Of a stretch of 64,000 nucleotides of DNA, positions 19,363 to 28,332 are shown in pieces. Source of the DNA: a bacterium (lineage in GTDB: Bacteria; SAR324; XYD2-FULL-50-16; G965216635); the NCBI GenBank assembly GCA_965216635.1, contig OZ244188.1, positions 576,001 to 640,000 on the forward strand. The letters are read 5' to 3'. The notes under the pieces were generated by a model. That model saw only the letters and a program-made list of their open reading frames with translations. It searched no databases and was not told the DNA's origin. A program made the translations under genes and the position numbers. Positions within the stretch are counted from its first letter, which is position 1. Each line of letters opens with the position of its first letter.

Positions 19363-20040
19363 ATGAACGCAACTCTTTCAAAAATTATAAAGTCTTATAG
19401 CACAGACAAACACTCTCAGTATATTTCAGAGTTGCACAATCTTTCTAAGGATACGCTAATAGCTATTTTTACAGATTTGCTAACAACCTACGTAAACGAC
19501 AAAAATTCATCTACTCTTAGAGAATACTTAACTGTATCTATCGCAGGCTATACTCATAGTAGTAATAAAATTGGCTATAACGGATTTAAGCATAACACTT
19601 CTGGAAAGGCTATTTCCTGTGAAGCCAAACCTAAAAATTTTTATAGTCAAGATTTTGAAGACTATCAACTAGGAAACAGAAAATATATTAGAAAATTGAA
19701 TGGAGTAGGTGATTTTACAGATTATACTTGGAATCGTTTTGAGAAAGACAAGAAAGCAAAACCCCAGATGTTAATTAGCGGTTTTATAGACGGCAAACTA
19801 ATTTATTTGTTAGAGTTTCCTTTCTCCACTAAACCTTTTTTAATGAATTTAGAACAAAAATTAAAAAAAAAATTTCCTAAAGGAGATGAAATTAATAACT
19901 ATCTACGTTCAGCAAGTTTTGATTATAAAAATTTCATAGAAAGCAAAAAAGTCAAAATTATTTATTGTGATAAAAAAAATTTAGTAAAGAACAAAAAATT
20001 TTTCTTGCTTAAATTTTGGGAATATTTAAAAAAGTTTTAA
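19363..20040 (+). CDS. Putative type II restriction endonuclease (PD-(D/E)xK-like)
   Basis: GYNG...CEAKPK resembles a catalytic motif; lies directly upstream of a DNA MTase. Family not recognised. Confidence 0.6.
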   Translation: MNATLSKIIKSYSTDKHSQYISELHNLSKDTLIAIFTDLLTTYVNDKNSSTLREYLTVSIAGYTHSSNKIGYNGFKHNTSGKAISCEAKPKNFYSQDFEDYQLGNRKYIRKLNGVGDFTDYTWNRFEKDKKAKPQMLISGFIDGKLIYLLEFPFSTKPFLMNLEQKLKKKFPKGDEINNYLRSASFDYKNFIESKKVKIIYCDKKNLVKNKKFFLLKFWEYLKKF

Positions 20041-20058
20041 AAATCTCCTAAAGGAATT

Positions 20059-20925
20059 ATGAAACAACTCATTTGTGCAGACACACTCACGGCTTTAAAA
20101 AAACTACCAGCTGATTCTATAGATTTAGGGATTACTTCACCTCCTTACAATAAACAGGAAAATAAGAAAGGCTGGTTAGTTCGTAATGTTGTCTATGAAA
20201 AAGCAAGTGATAAAAAGGAAGAAAAAATTTATCAAGAAGAGCAAATACAAGTCTTAAATCAACTATTCCGTATTACCAAGTCAGGATCTTCTTTTTTTTA
20301 TAATCATAAAATTCGCTGGGAAAAAGGAGAATTATTACATCCTATGAACTGGTTAATGAAAACGGATTGGTGTGTTAGGCAGGAAATTGTTTGGGACAGA
20401 AATCTTGCTGCAAACATACGAGGTTGGCGTTTTTGGCAAATAGAAGAGAGAATTTATTGGCTTTATAAACCGTTAAAAGATAATAAGATTGGAAAAGAAT
20501 TGCAATCAAAACACGCTAAACTAACTTCTATTTGGAGGTTTTCCCCTGAAAGAAACAATCCTCATCCTGCACCTTTTCCTTTGACTTTACCCTTAAGGAT
20601 TATTTTTTCTCTTTTAGAAAAACCATCGGAGGGAGAATTTTCTAAAAAATTAGTGTTAGATCCTTATTGTGGGAGCGGTACAACTTTAGTGGCAGCAAAA
20701 CTTATTGGACATAATTTCAGTGGCATAGATATTTCTGAAAATTATTTAAAACAAACCCAAAAGAGGTTAGACAATTTTGTAGAAGAATCTGGAGCATGGT
20801 TAAAAGAAAAAGAGTTACATATCGTAAAAGATACTTTTAAAAACAAGAAAAAAAAGCAGAAATTTGTTGGAAACTATTCTAGTCAAACCAGACAAAAGAT
20901 AATAAACACAGAGACTTTGTTTTAG
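20059..20925 (+). CDS. Site-specific DNA methyltransferase, beta class (SPPY, likely N4-cytosine)
   Basis: TSPPYN (motif IV), HPAPFP, LDPYCGSGTT (motif I). Confidence 0.92.
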   Translation: MKQLICADTLTALKKLPADSIDLGITSPPYNKQENKKGWLVRNVVYEKASDKKEEKIYQEEQIQVLNQLFRITKSGSSFFYNHKIRWEKGELLHPMNWLMKTDWCVRQEIVWDRNLAANIRGWRFWQIEERIYWLYKPLKDNKIGKELQSKHAKLTSIWRFSPERNNPHPAPFPLTLPLRIIFSLLEKPSEGEFSKKLVLDPYCGSGTTLVAAKLIGHNFSGIDISENYLKQTQKRLDNFVEESGAWLKEKELHIVKDTFKNKKKKQKFVGNYSSQTRQKIINTETLF

Positions 20926-20927
20926 TG

Positions 20928-21185
20928 AGTTATGTTTTATAAAAATTATTATTTTATAGGAATGAAATTTATTATCAAACTTTTTGTTTTTTCTGTAGTG
21001 CTAGATAGATTTGATAAAGCGCAGTTGGGTATTGTTTTTTTTGCCTTGTCTAGCCTTTCTATAATGCCTGATTCTAAATATTTTTAGACATTCTAGTTCG
21101 GCTATACTACGGTTCAAAAATTATCTAATTCTAAAATAATTCCGAATTGCCAGAGAAAAAAGAAAAAGCATTACTATAGAAAACA
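20928..21185. repeat. Conserved cassette junction, copy 1 (leader + rsgA 3' tail + inside-out element arms + gene end)
   Basis: Nearly identical to 23012-23269 (period 2084 bp); 20958-21044 matches rsgA 24990-25076. Confidence 0.92.
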
Positions 21186-23010
21186 GGCTGTGTATAGAAA
21201 AAAGCCAAATATAAGGATTTGATATTCCTTGCATTCCAAAATAATTATCAAAAATAGATTGAGTTTTTTCTGAAAACCTATTTATAAAAGGTATAGCATT
21301 GGTTGCAGAAACAGTGAGAGCATCCCAAAAATTAAAATTATATTTACTACAATAGGATAAAAATCCTGAAAGACCTAAAATAGAGATTGATAGCCAAAAC
21401 AAAGGAAGCCAAGCACTTCTACCGTAATCCGCTAACCCCCAATAGAGAAAAATTAAGCCCTGTTGTAACAATTTTAATAAAAAATTTTTATTTTCAAAGT
21501 TGATACGACTATTCATAAGTCTTTCCAAAACAAACAAATCAACCTCAAAATCGTGTTCGTTAATCTGTCCCGCTAGTTTTCTTAAGTTTCTCACTCGCGT
21601 AAGTTTTTTAGAATCTATGTTTTTCCCATAAAGATAGCGAGTTTGCGGTGTTTTGCTAAGAATCAGTTTAGTTCTAGTGAAATTTAATAAATCTGGATTG
21701 TATTCTGCTTCAGAAGAAAAAGCAGGAGGATAATAAAATTGAGCATCAATAAAACTCGTATCTCCAAAAAATTTTCTCCTATGAAAAGTAGTCTTTTTTT
21801 TAAAAATAGCTTTTTCAAAATTCAATTCAGCATACATATCTTTTTCTTTTGAATTGCTTTCTTTTGTTGGAAAAGTAAAATAGCTATTGTCTTCAAAAGT
21901 TGTCCCTGAAAAATCTATTTTTTTATCAACTGATGTTTTAAAAAATGTTTGTTCAAAATATGATTCACCTTTAAAAGTAGCCTCTTTAAAATTTGTTTGC
22001 CATCGGAATTCAGCACGATTAAAATTGGCTGTTTTTTTAAAAGTAACATTTTCAAAATCTAAATAGAGAACTTTATCCGCATAACTATTTTCAAATTTTG
22101 CTTTTTCAAAATTAGTATATTCACAAAAATTAGCATTTTTAAAAAAAGTAGCACCTTCAAATTCTACGTGACAGAAATCAGCTTTTCCTTTGAATTCTGC
22201 GTTATTAAAATCAGCTTTGTTTTTAAATATTGTATTTTTATATGGAGTTTCTATGGTATTAAGTTTCGTTCGAGCAAATGAAGTTTCACCAATAACGGGT
22301 TTTTCTGTGAAAAAAAAATCTCCTCCGAATGTACTGCCATCAAAATAAATATTATCTTGAAATTTACTATCTTTAAAATTTATTTCTTCCTTGAATATTG
22401 ACAGAGTAAATATTGTTCGCTGTTGAAAAATAGTTTTTTTAAAATCAGCAGTTTTTAAAAATTTTGTATCACGAAATAATGCCATATGTTTAAAAGTAGC
22501 ATTTTCAAAATTTGCTTCATTCTCAAAAATAGCTTTTCCAAAATTCGTTTCATCTTCAAAAGTAGTGTTTTCAAAATCCACTTTTTTTTTAAAAGTAGAT
22601 AAGCCAAAATTAACTTTGTCTGTAAAAATAGTGTTTTCAAAATTTGTAGAATCTTTAAAAGTAGCATTTTTAAAATTTGCTTCATTCTCAAAAATAGCAT
22701 TTTCAAAATTTATATTAGGGAACTCCAGATTTGAAAAATCGCAGTCATTTTTTTCAAAAATGCAACCAGAAAAATCTATAGAAAAATCTTCATCTTCTGT
22801 AAGACAAAATTCTATAAAATTATTCCATAATTCCACATCATTTTGTTTTGTGAGATTTTTTAAATTTAAAAACCATTCTTGGTGTGTTGTTATATTAACA
22901 AATGATGAATAGCTTAGATAAAGAGGATTGTCGAAATAACTAAAACAGTTACTAAGCAAGGTAGGGTTGTATTTTTCAGCAATGGTAGAAAGTTTTTCTG
23001 GAAGTTTCAT
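21121..23010 (-). CDS. Pentapeptide-repeat protein with C-terminal transmembrane domain
   Basis: Many (A/T)xF....F repeats; C-terminal DYGRSAWLPLFW and hydrophobic helices ending AIRNYFRIR. Confidence 0.85.
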   Translation of the reverse strand: MKLPEKLSTIAEKYNPTLLSNCFSYFDNPLYLSYSSFVNITTHQEWFLNLKNLTKQNDVELWNNFIEFCLTEDEDFSIDFSGCIFEKNDCDFSNLEFPNINFENAIFENEANFKNATFKDSTNFENTIFTDKVNFGLSTFKKKVDFENTTFEDETNFGKAIFENEANFENATFKHMALFRDTKFLKTADFKKTIFQQRTIFTLSIFKEEINFKDSKFQDNIYFDGSTFGGDFFFTEKPVIGETSFARTKLNTIETPYKNTIFKNKADFNNAEFKGKADFCHVEFEGATFFKNANFCEYTNFEKAKFENSYADKVLYLDFENVTFKKTANFNRAEFRWQTNFKEATFKGESYFEQTFFKTSVDKKIDFSGTTFEDNSYFTFPTKESNSKEKDMYAELNFEKAIFKKKTTFHRRKFFGDTSFIDAQFYYPPAFSSEAEYNPDLLNFTRTKLILSKTPQTRYLYGKNIDSKKLTRVRNLRKLAGQINEHDFEVDLFVLERLMNSRINFENKNFLLKLLQQGLIFLYWGLADYGRSAWLPLFWLSISILGLSGFLSYCSKYNFNFWDALTVSATNAIPFINRFSEKTQSIFDNYFGMQGISNPYIWLFSIHSLFSIVMLFLFSLAIRNYFRIR

Positions 23011-23011
23011 A

Positions 23012-23269
23012 AGTTATGTTTTATAAAAATTATTATTTTATAGGAATGAGATTTATTATCAAACTTTTTGTTTTTTCTGTAGTGCTAGATAGATTTGATA
23101 AAGTCAGGTTGGGTATTGTTTTTTTTGCCTTGTCTAGCCTTCCTATAATGCCTAATTCTAAATATTTTTAGACATTCTAGTTCGGCTATACTACGGTTCA
23201 AAAATTATCTAATTCTAAGATAATTCCGAATTGCCAAAGAAAAAAGAAAAATCATCACTATAGAAAATA
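23012..23269. repeat. Conserved cassette junction, copy 2
   Basis: Direct repeat of 20928-21185; 23042-23128 is an rsgA tail copy. Confidence 0.92.
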
Positions 23270-24824
23270 TACTATGTATAGAAAAAATCCAGATATAAAG
23301 TTTTGATATTTCTTGTATTCTAAAATAATTATTAGAAATAGATTGAGTTTTTTCTGCAAACATATTTACAAAAGGTATAGCGTTATTAAAGACAACAATG
23401 AGTGCATCACAAAAATCAAATTTATATTTACTTTCACAGGATAGAATAACTGAAAGACCTAAAATTGAGCTAACCCACCAAATAAAAGGACGGAAAGCAC
23501 TTCTACCGTAATCTGCGAAAACCCAATAGAGAAAAATTAAAATTTTTCTTGGAATAAATTTAGTTAATTTTCTTCTTAATATAAACAACTTAATCTCTAA
23601 ATCATCCTCGTAATTTTGGTGAGCAATTTTCTCTAAAATAATAAGAAGTTTTTTAGGGTTTTCGCTGAGGCACTCTTTTGGATTAGGAAGTTTTATTTTA
23701 TAAAAATCTAAATAATTTAGGTTGTATTCTTTCTCAGCAGAAAATTTTGGTAAATAATTGGTAAATTTAGCTCCATTGAAGCTGATATCACTTGTAAAGT
23801 TTCTTCTACGGAAATCAACTTCCTTTGTAAAAAGAGTTTTCCTAAAACACAAATCAGAGCTTGCTGACTTGTCCGTTTTAAAAGCAGCAAAAGTAACATT
23901 CCCTTTAAATTTTGCTTTTGAAAAATCTATCGTACCATATTCTCCAACTTTAAAATTTGTATCATTAAAATAAGTATCTCCTATAAAGCGAGTATCTTTA
24001 AATTCTGCAGGTTGTTTAAATTCAGCAAATTCAAAGTTGGCTAGTTTTTTAAAAACAACATTTTTAAAATTTAAATATTCATTTTCTTGCCAAATAAAAT
24101 TTTTAAATTTTGTTTCTGCAAAACTAGTGTATTCACAAAAAATAGCATGTTCAAAAGAAGTATATCCATTAAACTCTGCTTTTTTAAAAAAAGTCATGCC
24201 TTCAAATTTTGCCTCACTAAAATCAACTGTTGATTCAAATTTTGTCTCCGAAAATGTAGCTTTTCCAAGAACAGGTTTTTTTGTGAAAATAAATTTATTT
24301 TTAATTTTGCCATAACTAAAATCAATATTGTCTTTAAAATCACTCTCCTCAAAATAAAATTCACCCTCAATTTTTATTTTTCTAAAATTTGCAAAATTTT
24401 TAAATTTTGCTTTTTCAAAATCTACATTTTTTTCAAAATTTGTTTCTTGAAAAACAATTGTATTTTGAAAAGTGGTATTTTTAAAATTTGCTTCATCTTG
24501 AAAAGAGGCCTGTCTGAATGTTGTTTTACAAAAAATAAGATTTGAAAAATCACATTTTCCTTGTTCAAAAAGTTGATTTTCAAATTTTATTTCTAAAGTA
24601 CTATGACTATCATTATGATATTTTATAAATTCATTCCACAAACGTATATTGTTTTGTTTTGCTAATTCTTTTAATTTCAAAAACCAATCAGAATTGGTTG
24701 TTTTTTTAGAAAGTTCTTTTTTTGCAAAACTAAATTTAGAAAATTTAGGGTTTTTGATAAAATTTTCAAATCGTTGATTAAGTGATTCAGGTTCACTATT
24801 ATGATTTTTAAAAAGATCATTCAT
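23205..24824 (-). CDS. Pentapeptide-repeat protein with C-terminal transmembrane domain (paralogue)
   Basis: Same architecture; DYGRSAFRPFIW, AIRNYLRIR. Confidence 0.85.
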   Translation of the reverse strand: MNDLFKNHNSEPESLNQRFENFIKNPKFSKFSFAKKELSKKTTNSDWFLKLKELAKQNNIRLWNEFIKYHNDSHSTLEIKFENQLFEQGKCDFSNLIFCKTTFRQASFQDEANFKNTTFQNTIVFQETNFEKNVDFEKAKFKNFANFRKIKIEGEFYFEESDFKDNIDFSYGKIKNKFIFTKKPVLGKATFSETKFESTVDFSEAKFEGMTFFKKAEFNGYTSFEHAIFCEYTSFAETKFKNFIWQENEYLNFKNVVFKKLANFEFAEFKQPAEFKDTRFIGDTYFNDTNFKVGEYGTIDFSKAKFKGNVTFAAFKTDKSASSDLCFRKTLFTKEVDFRRRNFTSDISFNGAKFTNYLPKFSAEKEYNLNYLDFYKIKLPNPKECLSENPKKLLIILEKIAHQNYEDDLEIKLFILRRKLTKFIPRKILIFLYWVFADYGRSAFRPFIWWVSSILGLSVILSCESKYKFDFCDALIVVFNNAIPFVNMFAEKTQSISNNYFRIQEISKLYIWIFSIHSIFSIVMIFLFSLAIRNYLRIR

Positions 24825-24898
24825 AAGTTTAATAGAATATTTACAAACTAGAGTAGTTATTGTTTTTTAAGAAATTCAATTTTTGAGATTTTTTAGTA

Positions 24899-24926
24899 AT
24901 TATAGCACAATGAAATTGATAAGCAA
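24899..24926 (-). promoter_or_regulatory. Putative sigma70 promoter for the pentapeptide array
   Basis: Minus strand TTGCTT-N16-TATAAT with an extended TGn, ~75 bp upstream of ATG 24824. Confidence 0.45.
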
Positions 24927-25006
24927 AATTTTTGATATTTTTTTATGAAGTTGCCCGTCTTAAAAAGTGTTAGGCTATGTGTATAGCAAAGGAATGAAAT
25001 TTATTA

Positions 25007-25888
25007 TCAAACTTTTTGTTTTTTCTGTAGTGCTAGATAGATTTGATAAAGCGCGGTCGGGTATTGTTTTTTTTGCACGGCTTGTATGATAGCGCAACGA
25101 GGCTCTGCTTGGTGTAGACAATTTTTGTAATGGCATTTTGCAGGCAATTCTTTAAAATGAAAAAAATTTTTTGCGAGATGCAATTTGTCTAGTTCATAAA
25201 AAACAAATTCTTTAATACCTGGGCTGTCTGCTATGAGGCTGTTTTTATTTTTAAGATAAAGTTCAGTTTTTGTAGTGGTATGTTTTCCTTGTAGAGATTT
25301 TTGCAGACTTGCCACTTTTAAATCCATTTCTGGAAACAGACTATTGAGCAGACTAGATTTCCCTACTCCAGATTGTCCGAAAAAAGCAGAGACTTTGTTT
25401 TTTAGTGTTTTTTGTATGGCTGGTATAGAGTCTTTTTGATAAATACTAAACTTTAGGATCTCTATGCCTGTTTGCTTATAAAAATTGTGGTGAAAAAGGC
25501 ATTCTTTTTCTGTTATTAGGTCTGACTTTGTTAAAATAAAAACAGGCTTAATTTTCTCTTTTTGGATAGCATAAGCAGTACCTAAGGCAAATTCGTAGTT
25601 TGGGGAATGTAGAGAATCTAAAATAAAAATTTGATCCAAATTGGCAAATAATACATGAGGTCTATCTTGTCTTAATCTTATCAATTGATTTTTTCTAGGT
25701 TCTATTTTTGTAATCCAACCATTTTTTTGGAAAGTCACAATATCTCCTACCGCAGGTTGTTTTTGTCCATCTTTTTGCTGGAACAATCTTGCTCTTATTT
25801 TGCACTGGTAATTTTTTTTTCGAGCATCTAGTATGTAATAAAAGCCTTTGATTTTTTTTAAAATAATTCCTTTATTTTCTTCAAGCAT
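25007..25888 (-). CDS. rsgA: Ribosome small subunit-dependent GTPase A
   Basis: AVGD, TKSDL, GQSGVGKSSL, GKHTTT, DSPG, zinc finger C.YKNC.H..EPRC. Confidence 0.95.
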   Translation of the reverse strand: MLEENKGIILKKIKGFYYILDARKKNYQCKIRARLFQQKDGQKQPAVGDIVTFQKNGWITKIEPRKNQLIRLRQDRPHVLFANLDQIFILDSLHSPNYEFALGTAYAIQKEKIKPVFILTKSDLITEKECLFHHNFYKQTGIEILKFSIYQKDSIPAIQKTLKNKVSAFFGQSGVGKSSLLNSLFPEMDLKVASLQKSLQGKHTTTKTELYLKNKNSLIADSPGIKEFVFYELDKLHLAKNFFHFKELPAKCHYKNCLHQAEPRCAIIQAVQKKQYPTALYQIYLALQKKQKV

Positions 25889-25972
25889 AAATTTTTATTG
25901 CTATAATTTTTAAAACTTGCTTAAATTATGCTTTAATTCAAAAAAACTTTCAATCAATTAGAAATTTTTATA

Positions 25973-27184
25973 ATGGATTTAGAAAAGACTATACTAGTAG
26001 TGGACGACGAAATAGAGATGCGTATTGCTCTACAAAAATCGCTAGAAAAATGCGGTTATGAAGTAGAACTTGCTCATAATGTAGAAACCGCTTTGACTAA
26101 ATTAGTAGCCAGTAGCTACGATCTTGTATTGACAGATATGACTATGCCGAAACAAAGTGGTATGGAAATTCTTAAGTATATTCAAAAAGAACAGCTTAGT
26201 TTACCCGTTATTATGATTACTGCTCACGGCACGATTGCCATAGCAGTAGAGGCTATGAAAAAAGGTGCTTTTGATTTTGTAGAAAAACCTTTTAATTTTG
26301 ATACACTCATTTTTTTGGTAGAACGTGCTTTATTAGATACTGCTAACCGCAAAGAGGTAGAAAAAAAAAACACAACTTCCTTCAAAGCTACTAATCAAAT
26401 TGTGGCAAATAATGATTCTATCTATCGCGAAATTATCACCCATAACAAAGATTTTGAAAAAATTTTAGAGATGACAAAAACTGTGGCTGATACAAATTCT
26501 ACAGTTCTCATTGAAGCTGAAAGTGGTACGGGAAAGGAGTTATTAGCCCGCTATTTGCATTTTTATTCTTCCAGAAAAAATGAACCTTTTGTTGCAGTGA
26601 ACTGTGCTGCTCTTCCAGACACGCTTTTAGAAAGCGAGCTTTTCGGACACAAAAAAGGCTCTTTTACTGGAGCTATTAACGACTACAAAGGAAAATTTGA
26701 ACAAGCCAATGCAGGTACTATACTTTTAGATGAAGTGAGTGAAATGGACGCCTCTTTGCAGTCAAAACTTTTGAGAGTAATCCAAGAAAAACAGATTGTT
26801 CGTTTGGGAGATAGTAAAGAAATCAATTTAGATGTTCGCATTATTGCAACGACTAACCTCAATTTGAAGGAATGTGTAGAAAAAGGTAATTTTAGAGAAG
26901 ACCTTTATTTTCGTTTGAATGTTATTCCTCTGACGATACCACCGCTAAGAGATAGGAAGGATGATTTGGAACTTTTAATAGATCATTTTATAGAAAAATA
27001 TGGCGAACAAAATCAAAAGTTTCCTTTAGAATTAGCAGCAGACGCTAAAAAAATATTAACCCATTACCACTGGAGAGGTAATGTTAGAGAATTAGAAAAT
27101 GTGATTGAAAGAGCAGTGATTTTGAGTGATGGGAAAAATATCACTGCTGAAAATTTGCTTTTGTTTTCGGAAAATAAAAAATAA
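25973..27184 (+). CDS. Sigma54-dependent response regulator (receiver + AAA+), no obvious C-terminal HTH
   Basis: LVVDDE, TDMTMP, ESGTGKE, ESELFGH, GSFTGA, FREDLYFRL, W.GNVRELEN. Confidence 0.9.
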   Translation: MDLEKTILVVDDEIEMRIALQKSLEKCGYEVELAHNVETALTKLVASSYDLVLTDMTMPKQSGMEILKYIQKEQLSLPVIMITAHGTIAIAVEAMKKGAFDFVEKPFNFDTLIFLVERALLDTANRKEVEKKNTTSFKATNQIVANNDSIYREIITHNKDFEKILEMTKTVADTNSTVLIEAESGTGKELLARYLHFYSSRKNEPFVAVNCAALPDTLLESELFGHKKGSFTGAINDYKGKFEQANAGTILLDEVSEMDASLQSKLLRVIQEKQIVRLGDSKEINLDVRIIATTNLNLKECVEKGNFREDLYFRLNVIPLTIPPLRDRKDDLELLIDHFIEKYGEQNQKFPLELAADAKKILTHYHWRGNVRELENVIERAVILSDGKNITAENLLLFSENKK

Positions 27185-27344
27185 TTCTTATGAAGAAAAA
27201 AGCAGTAATTCAGTAGCAAGATTTTGAAAAAATAAACTTCAGAGTAGGCACGATCACAAGAATCAATTTTTTTCTTTAAAGGAAATCCATCACAACACTA
27301 ATGCAAAGGTTTCTTTGTTTATAGAAAAATAAACTGCAGACTAT

Positions 27345-28019
27345 CTATTTTTTTTTTGCTGCAGCTTTTTTAGTAGGTTTGTTTTTTTTTGTAGTTTTGG
27401 TTTCTACTGGATCAGTTTCTATTGGCTCTATTTTTGTTTCTGCAGTTTCGGTTTCTACTGGCTCAGTTTCTATTGGCTCTATTTTTGTTTCTGCAGTTTC
27501 GGTTTCTACTGGCTCAGTTTCTATTGGCTCTATTTTTGTTTCCACAGTCTTTTTAATAGGAGAGGCTTCTTCTTCTTTTTCTATGGTAAGAACTATTCTA
27601 ATTTTTTCTACTATTTCATCTGTTAATTTTGCATCAATGGAATACTGTCCTACTTCTTTGAGAGGTGTTGGTAAATCCAAACATTTTTTATCCAAACGGA
27701 TATCCAGTCCTAGTAGTTTATTTACAATATTTTTAGAGGTAATAGAGCCGAAAAGTTTACCGCTTGGATTTGCTTTTAAGGGAAATTCTAACAAAACTCC
27801 CTTTAATTTACTCGCAATATCAATGGCTTTTTCTGTTGCGATTCTTTTTTCTTCAAAGATAACTACTTTTTGTCTTTCTAAAATTTTCAAATTAGAGTCT
27901 TTGACAGCTACAGCTATATTCTGAGGAATCAAAAAATTCCTAGCGTAGCCATTTTTAACCAAAACTTTTTCTCCAGCTTTACCTAGTCTTGGAACAGTTT
28001 TTTTAAGAAATACTTTCAT
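27345..28019 (-). CDS. rplI: 50S ribosomal protein L9 with repetitive C-terminal extension
   Basis: LGKAG, VKNGYARNFLIP, GKLFGSIT; ETKIEPIETEPVETETA repeated about three times. Confidence 0.95.
   Translation of the reverse strand: MKVFLKKTVPRLGKAGEKVLVKNGYARNFLIPQNIAVAVKDSNLKILERQKVVIFEEKRIATEKAIDIASKLKGVLLEFPLKANPSGKLFGSITSKNIVNKLLGLDIRLDKKCLDLPTPLKEVGQYSIDAKLTDEIVEKIRIVLTIEKEEEASPIKKTVETKIEPIETEPVETETAETKIEPIETEPVETETAETKIEPIETDPVETKTTKKNKPTKKAAAKKK
27396..27545 (-). repeat. 51-bp in-frame tandem repeat (about 3 copies) in the rplI tail
   Basis: GTTTCTACTGG(C/A)TCAGTTTCTATTGGCTCTATTTTTGTTTC occurs three times. Confidence 0.9.
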
Positions 28020-28032
28020 TTATTTTTGTGCA

Positions 28033-28329
28033 TTAATAAAAATCTAAATCTAACACAGTACCAGATTCTTCTTCTGCAAAAGGATCGTATTTACTATTAG
28101 AAAAATGCAATAGCCCGCAAGTTCTTGCTAGTTTGATAGCGCTCGTTAAATATTTTTGATTTCTATGACAAACTCCAGAAATTCTACTAGGAATGATTTT
28201 TCCTTTTTCTGAGATAAATTTTTTCAAAAATTCTACATCTTTATAGCTAATCTCTTCAATCCCAGTGGCACTGATAATACAACCTTTGTTTTGGGGGTGT
28301 TGAAAAGCTCTGCCGCGTCTTTTTTTCAT
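28033..28329 (-). CDS. rpsR: 30S ribosomal protein S18
   Basis: YKDVEFLKKFISEKGKIIPSRISG, AIKLAR. Confidence 0.95.
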   Translation of the reverse strand: MKKRRGRAFQHPQNKGCIISATGIEEISYKDVEFLKKFISEKGKIIPSRISGVCHRNQKYLTSAIKLARTCGLLHFSNSKYDPFAEEESGTVLDLDFY

Positions 28330-28332
28330 CGT

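Noticed and set aside
21035..21120. Classical integron attC site
   Set aside because: No RYYYAAC/GTTRRRY cores in the expected positions and no intI in the window; kept only as an analogy.
19115..25076. Prophage or IS-bounded island
   Set aside because: No phage, transposase or integrase genes were recognisable anywhere in the window.
27379..27924. Antisense/alternate-frame ORFs (e.g. 4571-4951, 10317-10619, 27379-27924, 52331-52663, 58393-58824, 61827-62108)
   Set aside because: These are shadows of well-supported genes or of stop-free tandem repeats.
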